From contig JAKAFM010000003.1 of the NCBI GenBank assembly GCA_021817905.1, forward strand, positions 1-60,484: DNA of 60,484 nucleotides. Reading direction: 5' to 3'. Both the position numbers and the translations under genes were made by a program. Position 1 is the stretch's first letter, and each line of letters starts with the position of its first letter. The DNA comes from a bacterium (GTDB lineage: Bacteria; Patescibacteriota; Microgenomatia; UBA12405). The notes under the pieces were generated by a model that had not been told where the DNA came from, searched no databases, and was given only the letters and a program-made list of their open reading frames with translations. Shown in pieces: positions 41,597 through 51,959 of the stretch.

Positions 41597-42561
41597 TCAA
41601 AGGTCTGTTCATCAGTTTACTTATCATTAGCCTTGGTGCAGTTGCTTTTGTCAGCTACTTTGTCGTCAACTCTCGACCCGTTGATCCCAACAATACAGCC
41701 ACTAAAACGTTCGTTGTTAACAAGGGCGATGGTGTCAAATCAATTGCTCTCAGACTTAAACAGAATGGGTATATTAATGACCGTTACGTTTTTATTGCCC
41801 ATGCACTTTTACTTGGATTGGATCATTCACTCCAAGCTGGAGCATTTACATTATCGCCGTCATTTTCGACCAGCCAAATAATTACCAAACTCTCTCAGGG
41901 TGGAAGATTTGATATAAGAATAAAAATCGTTGATGGTCAAAGAAACGAAGAAATTGCCAAAACATTAGCCCAAAATGATTTATTTGATAAAAAGTCATTT
42001 ATTGCCTCCGCCGTTTCTAAGCAGGGAATGCTTTATCCGGATACATATAATATTCCTGCGGGTTGCTCACTTACCCAATTTTTCGACATAGTCAATGCTA
42101 ATTTTATTAAAAAAATAGCCAACATTAAAACTGACGAAACCGATACTGCCTTAAATGATGAGCAAATAATTACCCTTGCTTCGATTATTGAACGTGAAGC
42201 TCGAACCGAACAGTCAAAACAATATGTTGCCGGTATTCTTCTTAATCGACTGGCTATCAATATGCCTCTCCAGATTGATGCTACTGTCCAATATGCACGT
42301 GATTCCAAACTACCTCAACCTCAGCAATTTTGGCAACCATTGGCCAAAAAAGACCTCTCCATAAATTCCCCCTATAACACCTATCTTAATGCTGGCCTTC
42401 CCCCTACCCCGATCTGTAACCCCGGTTACGACGCCATTTACGCTGCTTATCACCCCATTGTCTCGGACTATCTTTTTTATATCACCGGTAATGACAATCA
42501 AATGCACTATGCCAAAACGCTGACCGAACACAACGCCAACATTGCTAAGTATTTGAAGTAA
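41593..42561 (+). CDS. mltG: Endolytic murein transglycosylase MltG (YceG family)
   Basis: N-terminal TM, a LysM-like region (FVVNKGDGVKSIALRLKQNGYI) and the catalytic region IITLASIIEREA...YNTY...GLPPTPICNPG. Confidence 0.9.
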   Translation: MIKGLFISLLIISLGAVAFVSYFVVNSRPVDPNNTATKTFVVNKGDGVKSIALRLKQNGYINDRYVFIAHALLLGLDHSLQAGAFTLSPSFSTSQIITKLSQGGRFDIRIKIVDGQRNEEIAKTLAQNDLFDKKSFIASAVSKQGMLYPDTYNIPAGCSLTQFFDIVNANFIKKIANIKTDETDTALNDEQIITLASIIEREARTEQSKQYVAGILLNRLAINMPLQIDATVQYARDSKLPQPQQFWQPLAKKDLSINSPYNTYLNAGLPPTPICNPGYDAIYAAYHPIVSDYLFYITGNDNQMHYAKTLTEHNANIAKYLK

Positions 42562-43657
42562 CCTCTACTCCTTTTTTATTCACCAACTCGTTTAACAATA
42601 CCCACCGTCTCTTCTTCTCTTTAGTCGGCACATCATCCTTGTAAAGTTTTGCTGATACTGTCCCGGACCGGGGAGAATATTTATTCAAGTAAGCAACAGC
42701 AAATCCAACTTCTTTACATACTCCAACCGTCTGTTCAAACGCCGCTTCGGTTTCTCCGGGAAAACCTATAATTATATCTGTGCTAAATTTGGCGTCTTTT
42801 ACCTTACTTTTAATTTTGTTGACCAAAGCAATATACTCTTTCTGCGTATAGCTACGATTCATTCGTTTTAAAATCTCATCGTCGCCAGCCTGGAAAGGGA
42901 GATGTAAAAGACGATCAATATTTGGGTATTTGGCAATCACTTCAATTAATTCATCTGAAAAGTCCCAAGGGTTGCTACTGACAAAAGAAATCTTCGTTAG
43001 TTGTTTTTGTGCCACCTTTTCCAATAATTCAGGGAATAAGCTTTTAAACCTCTTCTTCCCCATTGATACATAAGTATCTGCTGTTAATTCAGCACCATAG
43101 GAATTAACATTTTGTCCGACCAAAACCACTTCAGTGAAACCTTCTTTAATAACGCGATCGACTTCAGCTAAAACATTTTCCATTGGACGGGATATCTCTC
43201 GACCACGGGAAAAGGGGACTATACAAAAAGTGCAATGATTATTACATCCGGTACTAATCGATATTAACGCTGCTTTCTTTTTGTCGCGCAAGGGATCAAG
43301 CTCGAAGCTGATTGCTTTAATAGGCATAAATTCATCAACTTCTGGTAGTCGTCGCTTTAATTCAGCCAGTTTTTTACCGGTTTTATCTTCGTGGGCTACA
43401 CCCGCCAAGCATCCGGTAACAATAATTTTTACCGGTTCTTGCTTTGTTTTATTTAATTGCACCACATTGTTAATTAGTCCGTAAGCTCGATTTTCTGCTG
43501 ACTCACGTATAATACAAGTATTGATAATAACGGTAGTAGCTTTTTTCCAATTATCAGTTTCCTGATAACCCAAATCCTGAAAATATGTTTTGATCCGCTC
43601 AGAGTCCGCCATGTTTTGTGCGCATCCAAATGTTTTCAAATAAAAGCTTTTACTCAT
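42545..43657 (-). CDS. MiaB/RimO-family radical-SAM methylthiotransferase lacking a C-terminal TRAM domain
   Basis: N-terminal MTTase domain (FYLKTFGCAQNMADSE...NTCIIRESAE) and radical-SAM CNNHCTFC. 370 aa, ending soon after the radical-SAM core. Confidence 0.85.
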   Translation of the reverse strand: MSKSFYLKTFGCAQNMADSERIKTYFQDLGYQETDNWKKATTVIINTCIIRESAENRAYGLINNVVQLNKTKQEPVKIIVTGCLAGVAHEDKTGKKLAELKRRLPEVDEFMPIKAISFELDPLRDKKKAALISISTGCNNHCTFCIVPFSRGREISRPMENVLAEVDRVIKEGFTEVVLVGQNVNSYGAELTADTYVSMGKKRFKSLFPELLEKVAQKQLTKISFVSSNPWDFSDELIEVIAKYPNIDRLLHLPFQAGDDEILKRMNRSYTQKEYIALVNKIKSKVKDAKFSTDIIIGFPGETEAAFEQTVGVCKEVGFAVAYLNKYSPRSGTVSAKLYKDDVPTKEKKRRWVLLNELVNKKGVEVTSNT

Positions 43658-43663
43658 ACACGT

Positions 43664-43669
43664 ATTGTA
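43664..43669 (-). promoter_or_regulatory. -10 box TACAAT (minus strand) exactly 6 nt upstream of ATG 43657
   Basis: The minus strand reads gcTACAATacgtgtATG. Confidence 0.5.
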
Positions 43670-43706
43670 GCAGCTGTGTCAGCATACTTTACCACTGTTA
43701 GTTGTG

Positions 43707-43712
43707 TATAAT
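43707..43712 (+). promoter_or_regulatory. -10 box TATAAT exactly 6 nt upstream of ATG 43719
   Basis: The sequence reads gtgTATAATgatttcATG. Confidence 0.5.
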
Positions 43713-43718
43713 GATTTC

Positions 43719-44798
43719 ATGACTGACCAAAATGATGATCAAAAATATCAAGAAATTCTTAATAAATATGCAGCTGATTTAGCCTCTGTTCCCGCTACCG
43801 AGACCCAAGAGTCTCAAGATTCCGAAACGCAACCAGAACCAGCAGTCGTTCAAATGGTCGAAGTCCCGTCAGCACCTCCAACTCCTCCAACACCTCCAAT
43901 TCCGTTACCTACAACGCCTCCCGAAATTCAGACTCCAGATAATCAAGCCGTAGCCGCCGTGGATGTTCTTGCTCCTCCTGTCATTACCCCCATTGAATCC
44001 CCATTAGAAATAACTCCTCCTTCCCCTCCCACTCCAGCTGCAGAAACTCCACAAAACCCCACAAAATCTCCTCTTACACCCCCTCTACCTCCCCCCTCTT
44101 CTCCAACAATGTCATCATCCTCGGTAAACCCTACGTCTTCGTCAATTTTTAAATATATCTGCCTTCTTTCATTTATTGTCTTTCTGGTTGTTGCTGGCAA
44201 CCTTATTTGGACCCTGATTAAAATGAATAAATTATCGGCACAAAAAGGAAGTTTGACCCTTTCTCCAACCCCAAGCATTACCTTAACCGAAACCAACGTT
44301 ACCCCTACTATTGATCTCTCAAAAATGTGTAACCTCAACGACAAAACCTATGCTATTGGCGACAGTTTCCCGGCCGCGGATGGTTGTAATGTCTGTACCT
44401 GCAATTCCAGTCTCACGTTCGACTGTACTCAAAAAATTTGTTCACCCTCAGCCACAGATTCAGCCACTTCTGCCACTTCATTTATAGTTTCTAAGATGAA
44501 CCCGTCTCCCGGCCAAATTGTCCCCAATTCGTTATCTTATCTTGAAGCCACACTCAGTAACCCAGTCGACGCCAAAACGGTCATTCTTGATAATGTGTAT
44601 GTAGTCGAAGGCGAGACCAAGCTTGCCGGCAAACCTACTCTAAACACTAAAACTAATACCATTCGCTACACATTTACTAAAGCAATTATTAATACCAATA
44701 AAGGTGCCGATAGAAGAATTACCGTGGTACTTACCAATATAAAAAGTACAAAAGGAGATATCTTACCCGACACCAAATATGATATTGACATCCACTAA
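43719..44798 (+). CDS. Bitopic protein: cytoplasmic Pro-rich region, TM, extracytoplasmic 6-Cys module plus Ig-like domain
   Basis: 359 aa from ATG 43719. PPTPPTPPIPLPTTPPE repeats and TM ICLLSFIVFLVVAGNLIWTLI. Cys pattern C-x18-C-x2-C-x-C-x7-C-x4-C. The C-terminus resembles SbsA/Big-type Ig domains (low confidence). Confidence 0.6.
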   Translation: MTDQNDDQKYQEILNKYAADLASVPATETQESQDSETQPEPAVVQMVEVPSAPPTPPTPPIPLPTTPPEIQTPDNQAVAAVDVLAPPVITPIESPLEITPPSPPTPAAETPQNPTKSPLTPPLPPPSSPTMSSSSVNPTSSSIFKYICLLSFIVFLVVAGNLIWTLIKMNKLSAQKGSLTLSPTPSITLTETNVTPTIDLSKMCNLNDKTYAIGDSFPAADGCNVCTCNSSLTFDCTQKICSPSATDSATSATSFIVSKMNPSPGQIVPNSLSYLEATLSNPVDAKTVILDNVYVVEGETKLAGKPTLNTKTNTIRYTFTKAIINTNKGADRRITVVLTNIKSTKGDILPDTKYDIDIH

Positions 44799-44807
44799 TT
44801 TCCCCCC

Positions 44808-44836
44808 TTGTTCTCTAAAGCTAATCTCTATATAAT
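44808..44836 (+). promoter_or_regulatory. Sigma70-type promoter TTGTTC-N17-TATAAT upstream of rpoB
   Basis: -35 at 44808-44813, a 17-nt spacer, and a perfect -10 at 44831-44836. Confidence 0.5.
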
Positions 44837-44850
44837 ATCCCACATCCCTT

Positions 44851-44873
44851 AGGCCGTGCTGTGGCCTTTGTTT
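44851..44873 (+). terminator. Short terminator-like hairpin in the rpoB leader
   Basis: AGGCC-gtgctgt-GGCCT followed by TTGTTT. It has only a 5-bp stem and sits 22 nt before ATG 44895. Confidence 0.35.
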
Positions 44874-44894
44874 AACATATTAAAAAAACACTCG

Positions 44895-47800
44895 ATGAGT
44901 TCCGACAAAAAACGTAAAAACTGGGGTAAAAATTTCCCCAATGTACCTCGTTTAGATCTTTTAAGAGTTCAGAAAGAATCCTGGGAAAACTTTTTAAAAA
45001 CAGAACTATCTCAAACAATCCAGTCCATCTCTCCAGTTACCGATTACACCGGTAATAATTGGTCGCTCGAATTAGGTGATTTGACCTATGACCCTATTGC
45101 TATTACTCCCGAAATTGCCAAAAAAAAGGGGCTAAATTATACAATTCCTGTAAAAATAAAAGCAACCCTTACTAACAAGAGAACCGGTGGCATTGCCCAA
45201 GAAAATGTCTTCTTCCTTAATATGCCAACTATGACCGAAGAGGGGACTTTTATCATTAACGGCATCGAGCGTGGCATTATTAATCAGCTAATTCGTTCCC
45301 CGGGTGTGTATTTCACTTCTGAAAATGATCCGGCAACTGGCAAAAACTTATACAATGCTGAAATTCGTCCCAATAAAGGTTCTTGGCTTGAATTCTTTAT
45401 AGGCAAAAAAGATGTAATTTTTGCTCGAATTGATCGAAAAAAGAAATTCCCAGCTACTATTATGCTTCGGGCTGCCTGCGGCATGAATGACAAACAACTT
45501 GTTCATGAATTTGGTGACTATATTACCAACACCATTCAAGCCGATCCCAGCAAAACCCCTGAAGAAGCTGCCATGGAGTTCTACAAAAAACTTCGTCCAG
45601 GAGAACCAGTCGTTTTAGAAAACGCTCAGAAATTTTTTAATGAGCGCTTTTTTGAACTAAAAACCTACGAATTAGGAAATGTCGGTCGTTACAAGGTCAA
45701 TAAAAAGTTTGGGTTTACCTTTGATGACAACGACAAAGCCAACTGGGTTGTCCGTCCCGAAGATCTAATCGCTACTATCAAACACCTCATCAAACTTCAA
45801 AAAGGTGAAGTTAAGGTTGTCGATGATATTGACAGTTTAGCCAACCGTCGCCTTCGTCGTGGTGGTGAAATCGTTTCCCAGATTGCTATCAAGCCAGCAT
45901 TAGCTCGCTTTGAGCGCATGGTCAAAGAGCGGATGAGCTTAATTTCTACCAAAGAGAAACCGGCCCCTTCACAGTTAATTAATCCTCAGCCATTAATAAG
46001 TGGACTTAACACTTTCTTTAGATCAAACCAATTATCGGCTATTCTCGATCAAACCAATCCTTTAGCCGAACTCGATTTATTACGACGCGTCACGGTTATC
46101 GGTCAAGGCGGACTAACCCGTGAACGGGCCGCCTTTTCAATTCGTGACGTTCATAGTTCACAATATGGTCGTATTTGTGCCGTCCGGTCTCCTGAAGGTC
46201 CGAACATTGGTTTGGTTACCTATTTGGCACTCTTTAGTCGGGTCAATAAATATGGATTTATCGAAGCTCCATTCCGACCAGTCATAAAACAAGGTACTAA
46301 ATTTAAAGTGAGTCCAGATTTTATTTATCTTGATGCTGAAGATGAATATAACAAGAGAATAACCCATCTTGGCATCAAAATTGATGATAATTGGACTATA
46401 GAACAAGATTGGGTGCCTGTCCGTTACCAAGGTGAATTTATTGAGGGTCCTATTGACCAGGTTGATTATATTGATTTAATTCCAAGCGAAATTATCGGAT
46501 CTTCCGCTTCCATGATTCCTTTTATTGATCATGATGATGCTACCCGCGCCCTCATGGGTTCTCACATGCAATGTCAGGCGGTTCCTCTTATTAAAACCGA
46601 ATCACCAATCGTTGGTACTGGAATGGAAGGTGCAGTTGCTCAAGCACTTCATCGTTCTATGTGTGCCAATCAATCCGGAGTCGTCGCATTTGCCGATGCT
46701 GAGCAGGTTGTAGTAAAGCTTGATCAAAAAGCAGATGTTGATGATCATCGTGAATACCTAAGTGAGCTTTCAAAGGATAACCAAAAAGAAACCTATCGTG
46801 CCAATAAATTTGATCGTACTTCTCCATATGGCACTTGCTATAACCAACGGGTTGTTGTTAATGCCGGAGATAAAGTCAAAAAAGGTGATCTCTTAATTGA
46901 TGGTCCCTCAACTACTAATGGCGAGCTTTCACTTGGAAAAAATTTGTTAGTTGCCTATGCTTCAGTTGATGGTTTAACCTTTGAAGATTCGTTCTTAATC
47001 TCAGACCGCATTGTCAAAGAAGATATCTTAACCAACATTCAAATTTATGAATATCAAGCTCAAGTCGTCGAAACCAAACTAGGCAGTGAAGAACTGACCA
47101 AAGATATCCCCAATGTTTCCGAGAACGAACTTTCCAAACTTACTCAGGATGGTATTGTCATGATCGGTGCTACTGTTCGTCCCAACGATATTCTTGTCGG
47201 CAAAGTTGAGCCTCGTGGCGAAAAAGAACTAACTGCTGAGGAAAGATTACTCCGAGCTATTTTTGGTGAAAAAGCCCGTGAAGTTAAAGACACTTCACTT
47301 CGTGTTCCCAACGGGGAAGGTGGAGTCGTTATCAAAATTGATGTCCTTGACAAAGATTCTGGTGATGAGCTTGACCCCGGTGTCAATAAGGTCGTCAAAG
47401 TTTACGTCGCTCAAATTCGACGTATCCAAGAGGGTGACAAAATTTCCGGTCGTCATGGAAACAAGGGTGTTATCTGTCGAATCATGCCTGAATACGATAT
47501 GCCCAGACTCGCCGATGGTACTCCTATCGACTTAGTCATGTCACCGCTTTCAGTCATCTCCCGTATGAATTTGGGGCAATTAATGGAAGTTGTTTTGGCC
47601 TCAGCTGGCTACAAACTCGGCGAAAAATATGCTGTTCCTTCTTTTGAAAAATATTCAGAAGGCCAGATTGCAGTTGAACTCGAAAAAGCCGGCTTACCGC
47701 TTAATGGTAAAACCGATCTCTTTGATGGTCGAACCGGGGAAAAATATGACCAAAAGGCATTAGTAGGTATTGGCTATATCCTTAAGCTGGTTCATATGGT

Positions 47801-48218
47801 CGACGACAAAGTTCATGCCCGCTCAATTGGTCCGTATTCCCTTGTTACCCAACAGCCATTGGGCGGAAAGGCCCGTATGGGAGGTCAGCGCCTAGGAGAA
47901 ATGGAAGTTTGGGCACTTGAAGCTCATCGTGCTGCTCACACCTTACAAGAGATGTTAACCATAAAATCAGATGATATTGATGGTCGTGCCAAAGCGTTCC
48001 AAAGCATTATTAAAGGTCAGGAAATTCCCGAACCAGCTATTCCTGAATCGTTTAAAGTCTTAACCAAAGAATTAGCTGGACTATGTCTTGATATTTCACC
48101 CGTCGGCATGAGTGCTCAGTCACTTGCTGGTGATGATGGAGCTACTCCCGCAGCTGTCGTAGCTGATGATACGACTTCGATTATTACCACTGACCTCAAG
48201 GAGGAAGAAAATGTTTAA
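44895..48218 (+). CDS. rpoB: DNA-directed RNA polymerase subunit beta
   Basis: 1107 aa from ATG 44895. Conserved regions include GTFIINGIERGIINQLIRSPGVYF, RHGNKGVI and GGQRLGEMEVWALEA. Confidence 0.98.
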   Translation: MSSDKKRKNWGKNFPNVPRLDLLRVQKESWENFLKTELSQTIQSISPVTDYTGNNWSLELGDLTYDPIAITPEIAKKKGLNYTIPVKIKATLTNKRTGGIAQENVFFLNMPTMTEEGTFIINGIERGIINQLIRSPGVYFTSENDPATGKNLYNAEIRPNKGSWLEFFIGKKDVIFARIDRKKKFPATIMLRAACGMNDKQLVHEFGDYITNTIQADPSKTPEEAAMEFYKKLRPGEPVVLENAQKFFNERFFELKTYELGNVGRYKVNKKFGFTFDDNDKANWVVRPEDLIATIKHLIKLQKGEVKVVDDIDSLANRRLRRGGEIVSQIAIKPALARFERMVKERMSLISTKEKPAPSQLINPQPLISGLNTFFRSNQLSAILDQTNPLAELDLLRRVTVIGQGGLTRERAAFSIRDVHSSQYGRICAVRSPEGPNIGLVTYLALFSRVNKYGFIEAPFRPVIKQGTKFKVSPDFIYLDAEDEYNKRITHLGIKIDDNWTIEQDWVPVRYQGEFIEGPIDQVDYIDLIPSEIIGSSASMIPFIDHDDATRALMGSHMQCQAVPLIKTESPIVGTGMEGAVAQALHRSMCANQSGVVAFADAEQVVVKLDQKADVDDHREYLSELSKDNQKETYRANKFDRTSPYGTCYNQRVVVNAGDKVKKGDLLIDGPSTTNGELSLGKNLLVAYASVDGLTFEDSFLISDRIVKEDILTNIQIYEYQAQVVETKLGSEELTKDIPNVSENELSKLTQDGIVMIGATVRPNDILVGKVEPRGEKELTAEERLLRAIFGEKAREVKDTSLRVPNGEGGVVIKIDVLDKDSGDELDPGVNKVVKVYVAQIRRIQEGDKISGRHGNKGVICRIMPEYDMPRLADGTPIDLVMSPLSVISRMNLGQLMEVVLASAGYKLGEKYAVPSFEKYSEGQIAVELEKAGLPLNGKTDLFDGRTGEKYDQKALVGIGYILKLVHMVDDKVHARSIGPYSLVTQQPLGGKARMGGQRLGEMEVWALEAHRAAHTLQEMLTIKSDDIDGRAKAFQSIIKGQEIPEPAIPESFKVLTKELAGLCLDISPVGMSAQSLAGDDGATPAAVVADDTTSIITTDLKEEENV
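48198..48204 (+). promoter_or_regulatory. Shine-Dalgarno AAGGAGG for rpoC, inside the rpoB 3' end
   Basis: Lies 6 nt upstream of ATG 48211. It is one of the very few strong SD motifs in the window. Confidence 0.7.
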
Positions 48219-51200
48219 ATTTAAAAATATGACCGATTTTACTGGTCTAAAAATCAAGCTTGCCTCTCCTGATGAGATTCTTGAATGGTCTCATGGGGAA
48301 GTCACTAAACCGGAAACCATAAATTATCGTTCCTGGAGACCTGAAAAAGACGGTCTTTTCTGTGAAAAGATTTTTGGACCATCTCGTGACTATGAGTGTT
48401 ATTGTGGTAAATACAAGAAAATTCGTTTCAAGGGAGTAATCTGTGACAAATGTGGTGTTGAAGTCACCACTAGTAAAGTTCGTCGTGAACGCATGGGTCA
48501 TATTGCCCTTGCCGCCCCAGTCACTCACTTATGGTATCTTCGCAACACTCCATCTCCTTTAAGTGTTATCCTCGATGTTCCTCAAAAAGATTTGGAATCT
48601 GTCGTCTATTTCACCAAATACCTTACCACTTCTGTCAACCCTGAAAAACGTAAAGATGCCATCGCCAACATCACCGAAAATTCTAAAAAGATGTTGACTA
48701 CTATTGATAACAACACCGCCAAAACGGTCGAGTCACGTACTAAGCAAAATGAAGATGACAAAAAATCGTTGGCTAAGAAAATAAAAAATAATGCTCAACT
48801 TCTTATCGCCCAAAAAGAAATGGATGTCAAACTAAAGCAAGATGTACAAAAGATCGATAATAAGGCTAAACTCGAAAAAGAACGTGTCGAAAGTTTGTCA
48901 AAATTTTTAAGCGATAAAGCCCAGAGTCTACAAGTTTTATCAACTTTAACCGATGAAGAATATTTCTATCTAACTCAATTTAAGGCTGATATTTTCTTTG
49001 AAGCCAAAATGGGTGCCGAAGCTGTTTCTGAAGTCTTAAAACAACTTGATCTTAAAGAAACGGTCAAAAATCTAAAAAAGGAATTAGCTAAAACCAGCAG
49101 CAAACTCAAAAAAAAGAAAATCATGTACAAAGTCCGTATTCTCAATGGCATGATCGAAAACTCAATTGAAGCTGTTTGGATGGTACTTAATATCGTTCCC
49201 GTGGTACCACCTGATTTGCGTCCCATGGTCCAACTTACCGGTGGTCGTTTTGCTACTTCTGATTTAAACGACTTATACCGCCGTCTTATCAATCGTAACA
49301 ATCGTCTCAAAAAGTTAATGAAACTTGGTGCTCCGGAAATTATCTTACGTAACGAAAAGCGCATGCTTCAAGAGTCAGTCGATATGCTTATCGATGCTCA
49401 AAAAAGTTCTAAAAATAAGCGAAAAAGTATGAAACGCGCACCCCGTTCGTTATCTGACCTACTTCGTGGCAAAAAAGGTCGTTTCCGCCGCAACTTACTT
49501 GGTAAACGTGTCGATTATTCTGGTCGTTCCGCTATTGTCGTTGGTCCAGACCTTAAGCTGAATGAGTTTGGTTTGCCAAAGGAAATTGCCATCGAAATCT
49601 ATCGTCCTTTTATTTTACGCGAGTTGATGATGAATGGTATTGCTCCCAATATTAAAAGTGCCAAAAATTTAATTGACCACCGCGTCAATGAGGTTTATGA
49701 TGTCTTGGAAAAAGTCACCAAGGAAAGCTATTTACTGCTTAACCGTGCTCCTACTCTTCACAAGCTTTCAATCCAAGCATTCAAACCAATTTTAACCGAT
49801 GGTTTGGCGATCAGACTTCACCCGTGTGTTTGTAAGGGCTTTAACGCCGACTTTGATGGTGATCAAATGGGTGTCCATTTGCCACTTTCTGTTGCTTCTC
49901 AACTTGAAGCTAAGCGCTTAATGTTGCCTTCACACAATTTATTAAAGCCAGCCGATGCCATGCCAATCAATACGCCCTCACAAGAAATGGCCGTTGGTTG
50001 TTATTACATCACTTCCATTCGAACCGAAGATCTTCAAAAAGAAGCCGGTGATGCCTTTGAAAATTTACCCATACTTGCCGACACTGCCGAAGCTGAATTA
50101 GCCTATCAGACGGGTAAAATACAGCTTCGCGAATTAATTGCTGTGCGTATTAATGGCCAGATGATGAAGACTACTTTTGGTCGAATTTGGTTTAATTCCA
50201 TTCTTCCCAAAGAGTTTAGTTTTATGAATATCGCCTTCGGTGGCTCCAAGGCTATGAATGATTTGATCATTAAGTCAATTGAAATTGCTGGGAGAATTAC
50301 TACGGTTCATTTGATCGATTCACTTAAAGATATTGGTTTTAAAGGCTTTACTCTTTCCGGTCTATCACTATCAATGGATGATATGGGATATCTACCTCAA
50401 AAAGATGAAATTATCGCCGCTGCCAACAAGCGGGTTGTCGAAATTGAAGATAATTTCAAGATGGGACTCATTAGTAATGAAGAGAAAAAACGTTTATCAC
50501 AGGCAATTTGGATGGAAGTTACCGAAAAGATCGCCGAAGATACTTGGGCTACTCTTGATATTGATTCCCCAATTCGAATTGTTTCCGCTGCCGGCATCAA
50601 GCGCGCTTCAAAAGATCAGATCAAACAACTTTCCGGCATGCGCGGACTGATGGTTGATCCGACCGGAAAAATCGTACCACTTCCCACCAAATCAAATTTC
50701 CGAGAAGGTCTAAGTGTTTTTGAATACGTTACCGGTGCCCGTGGTACCCGTAAAGGTTTAGCCGATACTGCTCTTAAAACAGCCGATGCTGGTTACTTAA
50801 CTCGCCGACTTGTCGATGCCACCCATGCTTGTATCGTCCGCGAAGATGATTGTGGAACTACCAAATTTATTACTATCGAACGTAACGAAAAGAATCGCGA
50901 ACGTTATTTTGGCCGTCGACTTATTGGTCGTGTCTTAGCCAACGACGTTATCGATCCAAAAACTGATAAGGTTATTGCCAAAAAGGGGATACTTATCGAC
51001 AATGATCTCACTAACCTGATTGAAAAAAGTGAGGTAAATACTGTTGATATTCGTTCCCCATTAGCTTGTAAAGCACAATATGGTATCTGTCAGAAATGTT
51101 ACGGTTGGGATCTTTCAACCCGTAAGTTAGTTGATATTGGTGTTCCTGTTGGTGTTGTTGCTGCCCAATCAATTGGTGAACCGGGAACGCAATTAACTAT

Positions 51201-51948
51201 GCGGACTAAACATACCGGAGGGGTTTTGGGTGTCGACGTTACCCAAGGCTTACCTCGTGTTCAGGAACTTTTTGAAATCAGAACTCCTAAGCTCCCATCA
51301 CCAATGGCAGAAATAGACGGCAAAATTAGAATCAAGGAAGATGTTGACGGCTATGAAATCAAGTTAACCGGCAAAGATGCCAAAAATGCTACCAAAACGG
51401 TCAAATATATGTTGCCGCTTAATGTTTCGCTTTCGGTTGCTGATGGCGACTTAGTCGCCCAAGGTACCCAGCTCTGCTCCGGGTCACTTGATGTCAAAGA
51501 AGTCATGGAAATCAAAGGTATTGAGGCAGCTCAAAAATATTTGATCAACAACATCCAAGGTGTTTATGAATCTCAGGGTATTACGATTCACGACAAGCAT
51601 TTTGAAATCTTGGTCAAAGAAATGAGTGACAAGATTAAAATTGAAGATCCGGGTGACTCTAATTTCTTGTACGGCCAGTACGCTACTCGTGCTGTCTATA
51701 ACGAAACTAACGAAAAGATCAAGGAAAAAGGTGGAAAACCAGCCAAAGGTAAAAAGATTCTTCTAGGACTAATCCAAACGGCGCTCACGACCGGTTCATG
51801 GTTATCAGCTGCTTCATTCCAACAGACAACGAGTGTTCTGACCGAATCTTCCTTATTAGCTGAGGTTGATCACTTGATCGGTCTTAAGGAAAATGTTATT
51901 ATCGGAAGACTTATTCCCGTTGGTAAAGACCAGGGGATTAATCACTAA
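48211..51948 (+). CDS. rpoC: DNA-directed RNA polymerase subunit beta-prime
   Basis: 1245 aa from ATG 48211. Zn-binding [13 protein letters not shown], catalytic NADFDGDQM, and trigger-loop and bridge-helix regions. Has an 8-nt overlap with rpoB. Confidence 0.98.
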   Translation: MFKFKNMTDFTGLKIKLASPDEILEWSHGEVTKPETINYRSWRPEKDGLFCEKIFGPSRDYECYCGKYKKIRFKGVICDKCGVEVTTSKVRRERMGHIALAAPVTHLWYLRNTPSPLSVILDVPQKDLESVVYFTKYLTTSVNPEKRKDAIANITENSKKMLTTIDNNTAKTVESRTKQNEDDKKSLAKKIKNNAQLLIAQKEMDVKLKQDVQKIDNKAKLEKERVESLSKFLSDKAQSLQVLSTLTDEEYFYLTQFKADIFFEAKMGAEAVSEVLKQLDLKETVKNLKKELAKTSSKLKKKKIMYKVRILNGMIENSIEAVWMVLNIVPVVPPDLRPMVQLTGGRFATSDLNDLYRRLINRNNRLKKLMKLGAPEIILRNEKRMLQESVDMLIDAQKSSKNKRKSMKRAPRSLSDLLRGKKGRFRRNLLGKRVDYSGRSAIVVGPDLKLNEFGLPKEIAIEIYRPFILRELMMNGIAPNIKSAKNLIDHRVNEVYDVLEKVTKESYLLLNRAPTLHKLSIQAFKPILTDGLAIRLHPCVCKGFNADFDGDQMGVHLPLSVASQLEAKRLMLPSHNLLKPADAMPINTPSQEMAVGCYYITSIRTEDLQKEAGDAFENLPILADTAEAELAYQTGKIQLRELIAVRINGQMMKTTFGRIWFNSILPKEFSFMNIAFGGSKAMNDLIIKSIEIAGRITTVHLIDSLKDIGFKGFTLSGLSLSMDDMGYLPQKDEIIAAANKRVVEIEDNFKMGLISNEEKKRLSQAIWMEVTEKIAEDTWATLDIDSPIRIVSAAGIKRASKDQIKQLSGMRGLMVDPTGKIVPLPTKSNFREGLSVFEYVTGARGTRKGLADTALKTADAGYLTRRLVDATHACIVREDDCGTTKFITIERNEKNRERYFGRRLIGRVLANDVIDPKTDKVIAKKGILIDNDLTNLIEKSEVNTVDIRSPLACKAQYGICQKCYGWDLSTRKLVDIGVPVGVVAAQSIGEPGTQLTMRTKHTGGVLGVDVTQGLPRVQELFEIRTPKLPSPMAEIDGKIRIKEDVDGYEIKLTGKDAKNATKTVKYMLPLNVSLSVADGDLVAQGTQLCSGSLDVKEVMEIKGIEAAQKYLINNIQGVYESQGITIHDKHFEILVKEMSDKIKIEDPGDSNFLYGQYATRAVYNETNEKIKEKGGKPAKGKKILLGLIQTALTTGSWLSAASFQQTTSVLTESSLLAEVDHLIGLKENVIIGRLIPVGKDQGINH

Positions 51949-51959
51949 AAGCAAATCAT

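Noticed and set aside
38058-44798. A sortase substrate (LPXTG/LAXTG followed by a hydrophobic stretch and basic tail) among neighbouring proteins.
   Set aside because: Only internal LPTxT-like strings inside Pro/Thr linkers were found (for example LPTVT, LPTTT, LPTTP). None is C-terminal or followed by a membrane-spanning tail, so no substrate can be named from this window.
44856-48210. Longest-ORF N-terminal extensions in the track (for example rpoB GTG 44856, rpoC 48166, proS TTG 31162, hrcA 16208, UDG TTG 28679, GT4 TTG 2192, DUF2298 TTG 2735).
   Set aside because: The extensions start at non-ATG codons. They overlap upstream genes, terminator hairpins or promoter/operator elements, and they add residues absent from the conserved N-termini. 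Downstream ATGs fit the -10-box spacing rule.
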